Origin: Octopus sinensis
Taxonomy: Eukaryota
Assembly (NCBI RefSeq): GCF_006345805.1
Contig: NW_021832273.1
Coordinates: 99,733 to 163,732, forward strand
Direction: 5' to 3'
DNA: 64,000 bases
The position numbers and the translations under genes were made by a program. Below the pieces are notes generated by a model. That model had not been told where the DNA came from. It worked only from the letters and a program-made list of their open reading frames with translations, and made no database searches. Below, in pieces: positions 38,238-49,875 of the stretch. Positions within the stretch are counted from its first letter, which is position 1. Each line of letters opens with the position of its first letter.

Positions 38238-38488
38238 TATATATTTACTATTTTTTGGGATAATTTAGCCTAAGTAAATAAATTATATTGGACTAAAAAA
38301 ATATTTCGCCAATGATAAAATAACACAGTATTGCGATATTTTATCTATACTTACTTCTAAATGTTTATTCGTTGATTGTGTTTGAATTTTTTTTGAAATT
38401 CGTTAAAAAAACTTAACTGGTTGATCTATTGTATTTCGAAAACAATATTACAAAATAACAGTGCATTATTCAAATAATTAATTTAAAG

Positions 38489-38848
38489 TTAGGAAGTTGT
38501 TTTAGGAGTTTCTGCAGTTTTGCGAATCATAAATCCACCAGATGAAATAATAGCTTTCTGAGTTAATTCTTTTAATTCGTCGTCATTTCCAATTGCAACG
38601 ACAATGTGACGTGGTTTAATTCTTCTTTTTCCACATTTTACTGCTGTATTTCCAGCAAGTTCAAGCATTTCAGCCACAGCATATTCCAATACTGCGCACA
38701 TATATACTGCGGCAGGAATTCCTACTCGCATTCGGGTTTCATGACGGAGACACCGGTGAATGCGTCCAACTGGAAACTGTAACCCGGCCCGAACGGATTT
38801 GCTTTTAGCCTTTGACCGTACTTTTCCTCCTTTTCCTCTTGAAGACAT
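38489..38848 (-). CDS. H2A: Histone H2A, divergent
   Basis: [36 protein letters not shown]. Confidence 0.95.
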   Translation of the reverse strand: MSSRGKGGKVRSKAKSKSVRAGLQFPVGRIHRCLRHETRMRVGIPAAVYMCAVLEYAVAEMLELAGNTAVKCGKRRIKPRHIVVAIGNDDELKELTQKAIISSGGFMIRKTAETPKTTS

Positions 38849-39003
38849 TATACTCTGCTAATTATTTTTTATTTACATAATAAAAAAAATGGCATTCCGA
38901 AATTTAGTTGAAAATTTTTTTCGGAATGGTCCTTTTGAAAAAATTTGGCAATGATACTTTTTGTGCATAGGTTGAAAATAGTGTTCATTTAGAGAATTTT
39001 TCA
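38849..39003. promoter_or_regulatory. 155-bp bidirectional H2A/H4 promoter
   Basis: Lies between divergent ATGs; inverted ATTCCGAA and TTCGGAAT motifs; repeated at 51961-52113. Confidence 0.8.
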
Positions 39004-39312
39004 ATGTCTGGACGTGGTAAAGGTGGCAAAGGAGGAAAGAGTGGTGCAAAACGATTTCGAAAGATATTAATTGACAATATACAAGGAATTACTAAGCCAG
39101 CAATAAGAAGACTATGTCGAAGAGGGGGTGTTCGAAGAATTTCTGGAAAAATTTACGAGGAGACACGTTCTGTCCTTAAGATTTTTATTGAGCAAACTGT
39201 TCGTGATTGTATTTCCTATACTGAACATGCCAAAAGAAAAACTGTTATCGCAATGGACGTTGTTAATGCCTTGAAACGTCAAGGTAGGACAATTTACGGA
39301 TTTGGTGGATAA
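39004..39312 (+). CDS. H4: Histone H4, divergent
   Basis: SGRGKGGK...[14 protein letters not shown]...TEHAKRKTV...GFGG; AATAAA downstream. Confidence 0.97.
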   Translation: MSGRGKGGKGGKSGAKRFRKILIDNIQGITKPAIRRLCRRGGVRRISGKIYEETRSVLKIFIEQTVRDCISYTEHAKRKTVIAMDVVNALKRQGRTIYGFGG

Positions 39313-39580
39313 ATTATACATAATTTTTTTAATAAAATACATTGATATTCCTTACAAATTAACCAGATAAAAATTAGCAATTTCATAAATACTAACTAGC
39401 TACCAAACGACGGTGAAATACTACGATTGCTTTTTTAATTGGTAAGAAATCTTGTTGAAATAACAAAAAGTATATTTATACAGTAAATTAGAGTTATATC
39501 GTTTGAAAAATTTATTTTTTTCTAATATTTTATTTTTTTGCATCTGTTTATAATTATGTTTATTTAGAGAATTATTTGCG

Positions 39581-39800
39581 AGTGGACCCCAGAGCTCCGG
39601 CCAATCGGGCAATGGACGATTATTTCTCCGAACATGGAGACAAATATCGTGGAAGACCTAGATCCACTCTTCCGACAGTTCTTGAAAGGGATCTCAAACT
39701 TCATGACAAAAGTTTCAAAAACTGGGACGACCTAGAATCTTTACGGGATCTCGCCCGCAACAGAAGGGCATGGACAAGGATGGTCCAGAAGATTGTTTCG
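39581..39800 (+). mobile_element. RTE-like C-terminal fragment abutting the H3 5'UTR (also 52692-52911)
   Basis: PANRAMDDYF...RGRPRSTLPTVLERDLK aligns to PANFAMEKYF...RGLPRITLPEVLDADLK in ORF 14061. Confidence 0.78.
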
Positions 39801-39830
39801 CTGAAACTGTCCTGTCTGAAATAATAAAAT

Positions 39831-39914
39831 ATGGCTAGAACTAAACAAACTGCTCGAAAATCTACTGGAGCAAAAGTTCCAAGGAAACAATTGTCTGCAA
39901 AATCTGCTCGCAAG
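39831..39914 (+). pseudogene. H3: H3 N-terminal tail (Met to K27) fused to family A (also 52942-53024 and 58558-58641)
   Basis: Identical to the start of intact H3 at 49236 up to GCTCGCAAG. Confidence 0.93.
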
Positions 39915-42900
39915 CTGTCTGCACTAAGAAGACTATGCAGAAGTGGAGGCGTTCCCGCTTCGCACTCCCCGGAGGACAAGACGGTTCAGTGTGCCACTAC
40001 GATGAACTGCCGGAGCCGTGGTTCACCGCCACGTGCTTCCGGCTATTCTAGTGGTGTTTTTAATTCTTTAGGTCAAAGCAGGAGGTCGAAGCCTGGACCC
40101 TCCCAGATGGGTTCAGCACTCACCGAAGACTCTTCTCCCTCTGCTCCCCCTTTGGCTGGTGTCGGGGGAGCAGCAGCTGCAACAGGTACTAATTGTTTGG
40201 TAGCCACGACAACCGCACAGCATGCTGGTTCGCCACGTGTTTGCGGTTTGTCTAGTGGTGCCAAACCAGCCTAGGTAAGTCAATTAATGCCAACAGGGTG
40301 TCGTCTCCTGAGGCCGTCCCGGTGGGTACGGCAGGAAATAAGGTTGCCCTTGAGGACGGTTGGTACACGGTGGGGAAACCCAAACGTGCGGCTGGCCGTC
40401 CAACCCCCCCTAATGTTTTAGGTACTGGGTGTGTGTCCGATCAGGTGGATGCACACCCAAAGAAGACCACTGGCGCCGGGGGCAGAATTACCTTCGGTGC
40501 TGTGGCACGACTTGAGGTCCTCCCTACAAGTGGGAAGGCCTCGGTCATAAAGATCTTAGGTACGTTAGACTCTATCCAGCCTTCAAAGCTGTATAGAGTC
40601 CTGAAGAGGGAGCCCACCCAATTCCTGCTTGGGTGGGAGAAGGAGGAGGACTTCTTCAGCTTTAAAGGAGAGCTGGAGAAGTCCAGCCGTTCGGTCCTGG
40701 CATGCATCGGCTTGTCAGGATTGAACAAAAGGTAAGGCAGGTAAGAGTCCTGCTCCTCGGGGTCCCCCGGGACTTCGAGGATAATGACCTTTTAGGACAC
40801 ATACAGCGGGAGTACCCCAGTGCCTCTGCCCTTGCACGCTTCAAGCAGGGTAACCGCCCTCTTGAAGTGGTGGAGGTCATCCTGGGATCTCCTGCGGAAG
40901 CCGAGCGCCTAGTACTTCTGGGTACTAGGATCGGCTACATTAGGATGAGAGCTGCCTGGCCCCGCCCGAAAGCCACCCAATGCTTTCGGTGTCAGGGGTT
41001 CGGGCACATCTCCACAAAGTGCCCGGATAAGGCGAAGTGCCTTATTTGCGGTGGGGAGCATGGTCGCAAGACGTGCCCCTCACCATCCAAGGAGAGGCAG
41101 TGTGTCAACTGTGGTAAGTTGGGACACACTGCCAACTTCAGAGGTTGCCCCAAGTTCAAGGAGGCAACCCGAAAGGTAGGTGGGGATGTAATCCCAACAG
41201 TAAGTCGCCCGCGTCGCGTCGCGCGCCCTGCGCCAAAACCTGGCAAGCAGGCGATACTGGCCAAACCTTCCAAATCCGTTTGGGTGGCGAAGACAGTGGA
41301 ACCTGTGAGCCATGCTACGTGTGGGTCGGTGCAGCCTTCGCCGACAAAGTTGGCAAAGCAGGTGAAAGCTTCCGAGTCCGCTTGGTTGCCTAAGCCGGCA
41401 ATGCCTTCTGAGGCGGCTAACGGCGGCGCCGTCCGGCACAACCTGGGGCTGAAAAGGCGTCCTCCATACGTGGAGATGCCATTGCACTCAGCCCCTGGCG
41501 AGCGTGTACCGCAGGACAGTATTAGTCCTGCGGTGCAATTATGCGTTTCCCTATTAAAATTTTGTAGGGAGATGAATTGCAGTGTAGAGGAAATGCTACA
41601 CTGCAACGTTGCCGAGGCCAAGAAGATCCTTGGCGAAGAACCGATATGATGCTCAACATCATATCGGTGAACGCGCGTTCCTTGGAAGGAAAAAGGGACG
41701 CCGTTCAGAGGATGTTGGCCACCACGAGTGCGGACATTCTGGTGGTCAACGAAACGAAGGTAAAGGGGGGTCCGTACGTAGTTGATGGCTACAACTGTCG
41801 TCACATACCCTGGAAACAGGGGTCAATATGTGGCACAGGAACTAGCCTCTTCTACAAGCCCTACCTTGCCTTGCAGAGTCCAGGTATATGTTCATGTAGC
41901 TTGTGTGAATTCCTCCAAGTGAGAATTCGCAAAGGCGAGTTAACATTTTACCTAGGTGGAAAGTACTCGAAGAACTTTACGGCGTGCTCCTGGCACGTAC
42001 GGGAGTTCTTTGAAAAGCATCCGAAGGCCATGGTTGTTGGGGACCTGAATGCCAAGCATCAAGATCTTGGTTTCAGGGTAACCAACTCGCATGGTTTGGC
42101 TCTGAAGACGCTGGTTGAAGACCTCGGGCTGGAAATCCGGACTTCGAGCGAGCCAAACCACGTCGACGCGAGGGGAGGACGTGACTGGCTAGGGCTTGCT
42201 CTGGTCAGTCCCGGTCTTCTAAATTGGGTTAGTAAAACTATTTTATTGTCCGATATTGGGAGCGACCATCTGCCTCTATTGCACGAACTCCGTGAGCCAG
42301 TTCCTCAAAGGGTCCCAGGATACTTTGACCTCCGGGTGGGTTCCTGGGCTAACCTGGAGAGTTTCATGGCCAGCAGGTTGCCCTCACTTCTGGTGGGGAA
42401 TACCTGCGCCAACATACGTGAGTTGGAGGCGCTTGATAATGGAATCAATGCTGCCCTGACTGATTACATGCGAGATAATTTCAAACAAAACTCAGTGCAG
42501 GGTCAGGCACATTCCACGCTCCCTCACCGGATCTTAAATAAAATTAGGTTCAAGCGCCGGCTATCCAGACTACGGGACAAATGCGTTTACGAGGAGAACC
42601 GTGTTTGGTTTCGTGGCTGGATTAGCCGGCTTCAGAGGGAGATCCGAAGAGAAATCCGCGAACTCGAAAGTTCGCGGTGGGAGAGGGCCTGCCGAAGGGT
42701 GGACCCTCGCTTTCCGGACTTCTGGAAGCAGTTGAAGAGCCTGTCGGGGAGAAGGGGGGCTAAGTCAGTGCGCCTTAAACGCTCTGATGGAAACCTCGCT
42801 TCGGACCCGGTTGAGGTGGTTGAAATACTTTCAGCCCATCTCAATGGCATCTCGGGAACTGACGGAAGTCAGTTCGTAGAGACATCGTCCTTTGATACTG

Positions 42901-44378
42901 TCCAGCAGATATTGTCGTGGGACAAGCGCTGCCAGCTGGGCATATCAAGGAACGATGCAGGCGAAATTACTGAAGCGGAGATTCTGGCAGCAATCTCCCG
43001 AAGTAAGAACACCGCGGCGGGTTTGGATCGGATCCCGATGGCCATCTTTAAGAAGGCCCCGCCGCGGTTAATCACTGCACTAAAGGTTTTATTTAACGGG
43101 AGCTTGCGACTTGGGATGATTCCCTCCAGGTGGAAAGTGGCTGAGGTAATCCTTATCGGAAAGCCCGGGAAGCCACATGATGTCCCCGGGGGATATAGGC
43201 CCATTTCCTTGCTCCCCGCAATATCTAAAATCCTAGAAAGAATTATGCACCAAAGGCTCCTGGAGGAGCTGATGGTTGCAGACGCCCTCCCTGAGTTCCA
43301 ATGGGGCTTCAGGGAGGGCCGCTCATGCGGGGACTGCCTTCACAAGGTGTCGTCTGGTATGAAGAACGCCCTCCAGAAAAGGGAATGCGGTATTTTAGTT
43401 AGTCTCGACATTGAAAAGGCCTTCGACTCGGTGTGGCACGACGGCCTCCGGAGTTCCCTTGCCACGTGTGGGGTTTCTCCGTGTCTAAGGCGCTGGCTGT
43501 CGGGGTTTCTTGAATCTCGCAGGCAGGTCGTGCGGCATCAGGGGGTCTTTTCTAAAGTCGCAACAGTCCTTCGCGGGGTCCCTCAGGGCTCTGTGCTCAG
43601 TCCGACACTATTCAATGTGTTTATGGCCACTGCGCCTATGCCAGTCAATGCTCGTACTGAAATGGTAATCTATGCAGACGACATTATCCTCTGGGATCAC
43701 TCAATGAAACCGGAGTGTGCGTGTCGTAGGCTTCAGGTTGCTGTGGATGGACTTGCAAACTGGTGTGGGAGTAGGGGTCTGAGAATGTGCGCGGACAAGT
43801 GCAGTGTCCTTAAAGTCTGTAAAAGGACGAGGGGTTACACTAATTTTGTTCCTAGGTTATTGCTGAGCGGGTCAGCAATCGCTGCAGTTGATCGGATGAC
43901 TTATTTGGGCGTGCTCTTTAAGCCGTCCGGTAAGTTTGATGATCACATTGCACGTACGAAAATGCGTGCAATGCAGCGATTAGGTGCGTTGCGTGCTTTC
44001 CGCTTGAGCAGAGGTGCCTGGTTCCGCGTGTTTAACGCCATGGTGTTACCCGTCTTGACCTATGGCGTCCACGCTTGGTACCTCTATGAGGACAGGGATA
44101 AGCATGTTGACGTGCTTAAAAAAGTAAGAAGACGAGCCATAAGGCTAGCCTATGGCTTAGGATTCCGGACTGAGCTCTCCGACGCCCAGGAATCATCTCT
44201 CAAAGGCCTCTCTGAGGTCCTAGAGAAGATTATTTCTGGATGGCAGGTAAGGCGGTAAGTCTTAACCTGTGGTTGTGTGTAGGGAGGCGTGTGTGAGATG
44301 GAGACTGAAAAGGCAGCGATGCCGAAGGTCTACTTAGTTAGTTTTTAACTCCCTTAACTAATAATGTTTTTTCCCCCC
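39915..44378 (+). mobile_element. Family A LINE, near full length: ORF1 to 41649 (two small indels), ORF2 41646-44258 intact APE-RT
   Basis: Three zinc knuckles; SVNARSL, NETK, GDLNAKH, SDHLP, QGSVLSP, YADD; 3' end joins AAACTTGCAAA upstream of H2B. Confidence 0.95.
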
Positions 44379-44403
44379 GGAAAACTTGCAAATTTTGTGG
44401 ATA

Positions 44404-44770
44404 ATGGCACCTAAAGTTAGCACAAAGGGACAAAAAAGAGCTCCTATAAAAAGCAAAAATGTTTCTGTTGCTACAAAGAAAAAAAAGAAAAGGAAAACTT
44501 TTTCCATATATCTTATGAAAATTTTAAAGACAGTACATAATCAACTTGGGATGTCAAAGAAGGCTATGATGGCTATGGACAGTTTCACATTTGATGTTTA
44601 TGACAAAATAAAAACCGAGGCATCAAATCTAGTCTATCAGAATTCGAAGGCTACCATTACCTCACGTGAAATACAGACTGCAGTTCGTCTGATTCTTCCC
44701 GGTGAATTGGCAAACACATGCTATTACAGAGGGTGCAAAGGCAGTTACTAAGTACACGAATACAAAATAA
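44404..44770 (+). CDS. H2B: Histone H2B, one apparent 1-nt insertion near 44714
   Basis: [30 protein letters not shown]; correct frame seen in the 32464 fragment. Confidence 0.88.
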
Positions 44771-45184
44771 CACTTTAAAAATAATTGTTTTATTTATTTG
44801 TTCTTTAAATAACTATTTCAACAATCCAAATGCAACTAGTAATTGTCCTTTGGCATTCGAGATCTCCGCAGCCTTTGTCCCGCAAACATCCAAGTTCTTA
44901 AAACACGTCTGCCTCCTTATCGCTCGGAGAAACATGGATGCAAGCGAATCTTCTTGGCTAAGACAGAGGATCTCTGGTACAATCATGCGCGGCAACACGC
45001 AAGCTATTCTTTTGACCGGGATCTGATCGTTCTCTGTTTTTTCTTTAATTAGTTCACTAGTAATTTAGTCTGTAATCTCGAAAAATTCATAAATTTAAGC
45101 AATAGTTACAATTATTTGATGGTGCTGATAAAATATTATTTTAAAAATATTTAATTTTTTAATTTTAAAAATGATGAGCAAAAA

Positions 45185-45261
45185 ATTTTCGGAATGATAC
45201 TTTTTCTCGAAAAAATTCGGAATAATGTTGTTTAACTATATAAAACAAAAATAACTAGCCT
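45185..45261 (+). promoter_or_regulatory. H3 promoter (also ~58445-58528 and ~63880-63950)
   Basis: Two TTCGGAAT motifs and TATATAAAA; uninterrupted version precedes the H3 ATG at 58558. Confidence 0.78.
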
Positions 45262-48200
45262 ATGTCGAAGTGGAGGTGCTCCGACGGTCCAGATGGTTCA
45301 AGGAGAGCCCTCCAAAGTTGAAGAATCCACCGAACCCCCGAGGTCTGACCTTAACAGCTCAGGCCTCACATTCACTCTGAGCATTAATAACCCGGCACTT
45401 GGAAAGATCAAGAGGTTTAACCTCCTATCCAAGTCGCCAACTGCCTCCAAAGCACGGATTACATTACAACGCTCAGGCTCCTTCACTCTTGAGTTCAGGA
45501 ACCCCGGAGATGCTGATGCATTCTCGGCTGAGCTTGCAAGATTGAACCCGTTTGGCGAAGGCGGCCATAAACTTGCCTTAGTTACTCCGCAAAAGTCAGC
45601 ACTAGTCCTAAAGGGGATTCCGCGATGGATCTCAATCGGGACCTAGAGCTGCACCTGAAGGAAACCCTCAGTTCGGTGTTCGTTCTCGAGCGATTCACGC
45701 GAGATGGTCTCAACATCCCAGTTGCTAAGCTGACGCTTGACTCACGAGCTGAAGCTACTTCTTTGATCCGCACCGGAATCACAGCTGGTTTCTGCCTTAT
45801 CACCTGTGAATGGTTCAGACCTCCTGTCGTCCGATGTTTCCATTGTCAGAGATTCGGACACCTGTCCCGTAACTGTCAAGAAAAAGCCCGGTGCTTATAC
45901 TGCGGCAAGGACCACGACCGAAGGGAATGCCCAGGCAGCAAACAAAGTCTAGTGGAGCCCTGCGGTCGGCATTGTATCAATTGTGACCGCCCCGGCCACC
46001 TCGCTTCGTATGGTGGATGCCCGACGGCCAAAGCTGCAACAGCAGCTAAATGGGCCGCCCGCGCAGAAGCAATGCCTCGGTCTCCTAACCCAACCCGCAT
46101 GGTAATGGTAAAAGCTAAGCCGGTCACGCCTATCTGGAAAGTACGGCCGCTAATAACCCCGTGTGTGGCGGACGCCCATACCCAGACGACGCAAGTCGTT
46201 GAGGTTGGTGCGCAGAGCATGCAGGCCCCTGTCGCCGAGGCTGTGAAACCGAGGCCCGTCAGCCCAATAAGGAACGGTACTCAGCAGGCCAAAACGCAGG
46301 CGAAGGTAGACTCTCACAACAAGGATGCTCTGTTGGAATTTTACCAACGCTGTGTCGACGCACTGCTGAAACTGGGAGTCAAACCCAAGAAGCTAGAAGA
46401 GCTCCTATCAGAGAGGAGCTCGCCAGCAAAATGACCACGCCACTAAAAATCATCGCTGTGAATGCCCGATCTGTCAAGAGACGGCACCTCGACTTCGTTG
46501 AGATGGTAAACAGCGGCCATCCTGACTTAATCGTCGTCAACGAGTCTAAGCTGAAAGAAGGTCAATGCTTCGAATTGCCAGGATACTGCTCCCTTGACCT
46601 GAAATGGAGAAATAACTCTACGCCTGGGACTGGGACGACTATCTACTACCTGCAAAATCTCAAGACACGTAACCTCAAGACTATCGAACGGAACCTATGC
46701 GAATTTATCTCGCTAGAGATTAAAACCCAGCGCTTTTGGTTAAAAGTGGGCGGAATATATTGCAAAAACCTTGCTCCATGCATCGGTCTTATCGAAGACT
46801 TCTTTGTCAGCTCAAATCATTGCCTCCTCATCGGTGATCTAAACTCCAAACACACGGCATTTGGTTGTCGCGTGACCAATCGGGACGGCCGGTTACTTGA
46901 AAGAGCGGCAGGTAGGCTAGACGTCTGTGTCCGCACCTCGAAAGCCCGGAACCACCGCTCCCCATTCGGCTGGGACAACCTTTGCGTAGCACTGAGCTCT
47001 CAATCAGTCGCGAATCTTATGGGAGAACCAATAGTACTCGACGATATTGGGAGCGACCACCTGCCAATGCAGGTCTGTGTCCACGTCTCGGTAGACACCC
47101 AAATCCGTTGCCCACCACGATACACCCTTTCGAACATCAACTGGGCGCACTACCGTTATGCTCTGAACTTGTTCTTTCGCAACAACGTACGCCCAGGCAG
47201 CTATCAATCTACCTCGGACATCGACAACTCGGGCGCCGAATTGACGGACTTCATGCGACTCTACTTGGAAGCCCACGCTAGGAGGGTGCGCCCAACTAGC
47301 AAGGGCATTACACATCAAAACCCCAAACTTCTCCAACTTCTGGGCGAAAAGAAACGCCTGCGAAACAAGCTCAAACGCTGTGCCGACCCAACGGACCAAG
47401 GTACCCTAAGGTCGGAAATCTCTCTGCTCAACCACAAAATTGAACTCACAAGAAAGAAAGATCTTGAGAGGATGTGGAAGAAGGCCTGCTCTGGTCTTAA
47501 TCACAGGAACCCAAACTTCTGGATAGCCTACAACAGACTCTCTAATCATCTCGTGAACTCTCCGGCACCAGAATTATCGAACTCAGCTGGAATGCCTGCG
47601 TCGGTGGAGGAAATCCCCAACATATTTGCTGATCACCTGGACCGTCCTCTGCCGGACCATGAGGATCGCTGGGGAAACTCACATGCCAGTCCTATAGACC
47701 AAGCAGACTCCCTATCTGTTGATCATCACCCAATCACCGCCGCTGAGGTGACCTGGGCCATCCTCTCGGCGAGGGACAACGCACCGGGGCATGACATGCT
47801 ACCAATGAAAATGTTCAAAGAAGGCCCTCCGGAACTGTCTGAGTTTTTGGCACGCCTCTTCTCGGCTAGTCTTCGCTGGAGCCACGTTCCAAGTGCCTGG
47901 AAAGTCGCCGAAATCCGGATGATCAAGAAACCTGCAAAACCAGCTAACCTTGCCAGCAGCTATCGACCCATCAGTCTAATACCAACGATCTCGAGGCTTA
48001 TGGAAAAAATTATGACCAAACGCTTCGACTCCTTCGCTGAGCAGAAATGCGTGCTTCTGCCCCAGCAGTGGGGCTTCCGCTCGGGGCGCAGCTGCGCCGA
48101 TTGTTTTCTGATTCTCCAATCGATGGCTTTGAAAGCAATGGAGTTCAACGAAACTTTATCTTGCATCTGCCTTGACATCTCTAAAGCATTCGACAGCGTG

Positions 48201-49203
48201 TACCACCCAGACCTATTGGACAGGGTTCGCAGTTGTGAGCCAACGAGAGAGGCATTTCTCTGGCTGAATTGCTTTCTTTCTAACCGTATCTCCTTTGTGT
48301 CCCAGTCGGGCTTCCACTCCAGAGATATACATCTCCGAAGGGGTGTCCCGCAGGGATCCAGTCTCAGCCCGCTGCTGTTCAACCTTGTGATGAGCAGCTT
48401 CCCTTCCTTCCCCAATCCGCGGACAACTTTCCTCTTGTACGCTGATGACGTCCTCATTATGGATATTTCAAAAAGCCCCGCACTCTCGGAGCACCGTCTT
48501 TCCAGCTACATCGGAATGATAGAGACCTGGTGTCGGGGTAAACAACTATCCATTGCTATGGACAAGTCGGCGTACCTTGAAATTAACTCACGGCGCAAAT
48601 CGAGGCAAGAGCCTGAGATTCTCAGAAGACTTCCCCGCCCGAGCCACATTCGCTATCTGGGCTTGACGGTAGACTCTAACTCGGAGTACTTACTGCACAT
48701 CACCCAAAAAAGGAAAAAGGCCGTTGCGGCCCTTCGCTTCCTGAGGGGTATGCATTTGGCCCCCGACACTTTTCTGTTTGTCTTTCGCGCGACGATTCTC
48801 CCAAGTCTCTTGTATGGGATGGAGGCGTGGCACTATTCAAACCAATTCGGAAAAATATTGAAAAAATGTGAGAAGATCCGTCGCTATGCGTTAAAGCTAG
48901 CGTACAGATTGGATCTACGCGCCCCGCTACCCAACTGGGCAGAGGAGAAATCTCCACTAATCGAGAAAGTCATCCTTGATTCCATCCGAACTTTTCGTCG
49001 GCGGTCTCAGGTGACCGATCTTTTCGTGGATCGCGTCTGAAATTCAATCAGAGAGTGACTCTTCAAAAACCCGGCTCATATATTCCCTTAGGACGAATCT
49101 CGGCAGAGCTCGACTGTCTTCGCAGTCGTCTCGTTTAACCTCGTCCAACCTTTTTACTTAGTCTCTGTTTTACTTACAATAAAACTTTCCATTCCATTCC
49201 ATT
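45262..49203 (+). mobile_element. Family C LINE, full length: ORF1 45293-46434 (frameshift near 45640), ORF2 46431-49040 intact (869 aa), (TTCCA)n tail
   Basis: Splits ACTAGCCT^GAAACTG of the H3 5' region with an apparent 3-bp TSD CCT. Confidence 0.95.
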
Positions 49204-49235
49204 CCTGAAACTGTCCTGTCTGAAATAAAAAAAAT

Positions 49236-49646
49236 ATGGCTAGAACTAAACAAACTGCTCGAAAATCTACTGGAGCAAAAGTTCCAAGGAAACAATTGTC
49301 TGCAAAATCTGCTCGCAAGTCTGTTTCACAATTTGGAGGGGTAAAGAAACCTCATCGATTTCGACCTGGAGTTGTTGCAATGCGAGAAATTAGACGATAT
49401 CAAAAGAGCACTGATTTGTTACTACGAAAACTTCCATTCCAGAGACTCGTGAGAGAAACCGCTCAGTTTATCAAAACTGATTTGCGTTTTCAATCGTCAG
49501 CGATTGTCGCTCTCCAAGAAGCGGCAGAGAGTTACCTAGTTGGAATTTTTGAAGATAGTAATTTGTGCGCAATTCACGGAAAAAGAGTAACTATAATGCC
49601 AAACGATATGCATTTATCGAGAAGAATTCGAGGTGAAAAAACATAA
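49236..49646 (+). CDS. H3: Histone H3, intact but divergent
   Basis: [12 protein letters not shown]...KPHRFRPG...RFQSSA...HGKRVTIM. Confidence 0.97.
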   Translation: MARTKQTARKSTGAKVPRKQLSAKSARKSVSQFGGVKKPHRFRPGVVAMREIRRYQKSTDLLLRKLPFQRLVRETAQFIKTDLRFQSSAIVALQEAAESYLVGIFEDSNLCAIHGKRVTIMPNDMHLSRRIRGEKT

Positions 49647-49875
49647 TTTGTATTTTAAATAAAAAATGATTTATTGTTTGGATAATTCTGAGACAATTTT
49701 TAAATTTTTTGTTGAAGTTTGTAGAAAATGTAATGTTGCACCTCGTTTAGATAAAAAGAGGATACTAGTTGTGTATTTTAGAAAATATATAATTAAAAAT
49801 TGTTTAATACGGATTTGTTGGATAATTAATATATAGCAGGAAAACAAACAAAAACCTATAACCATGAACAAGCTA

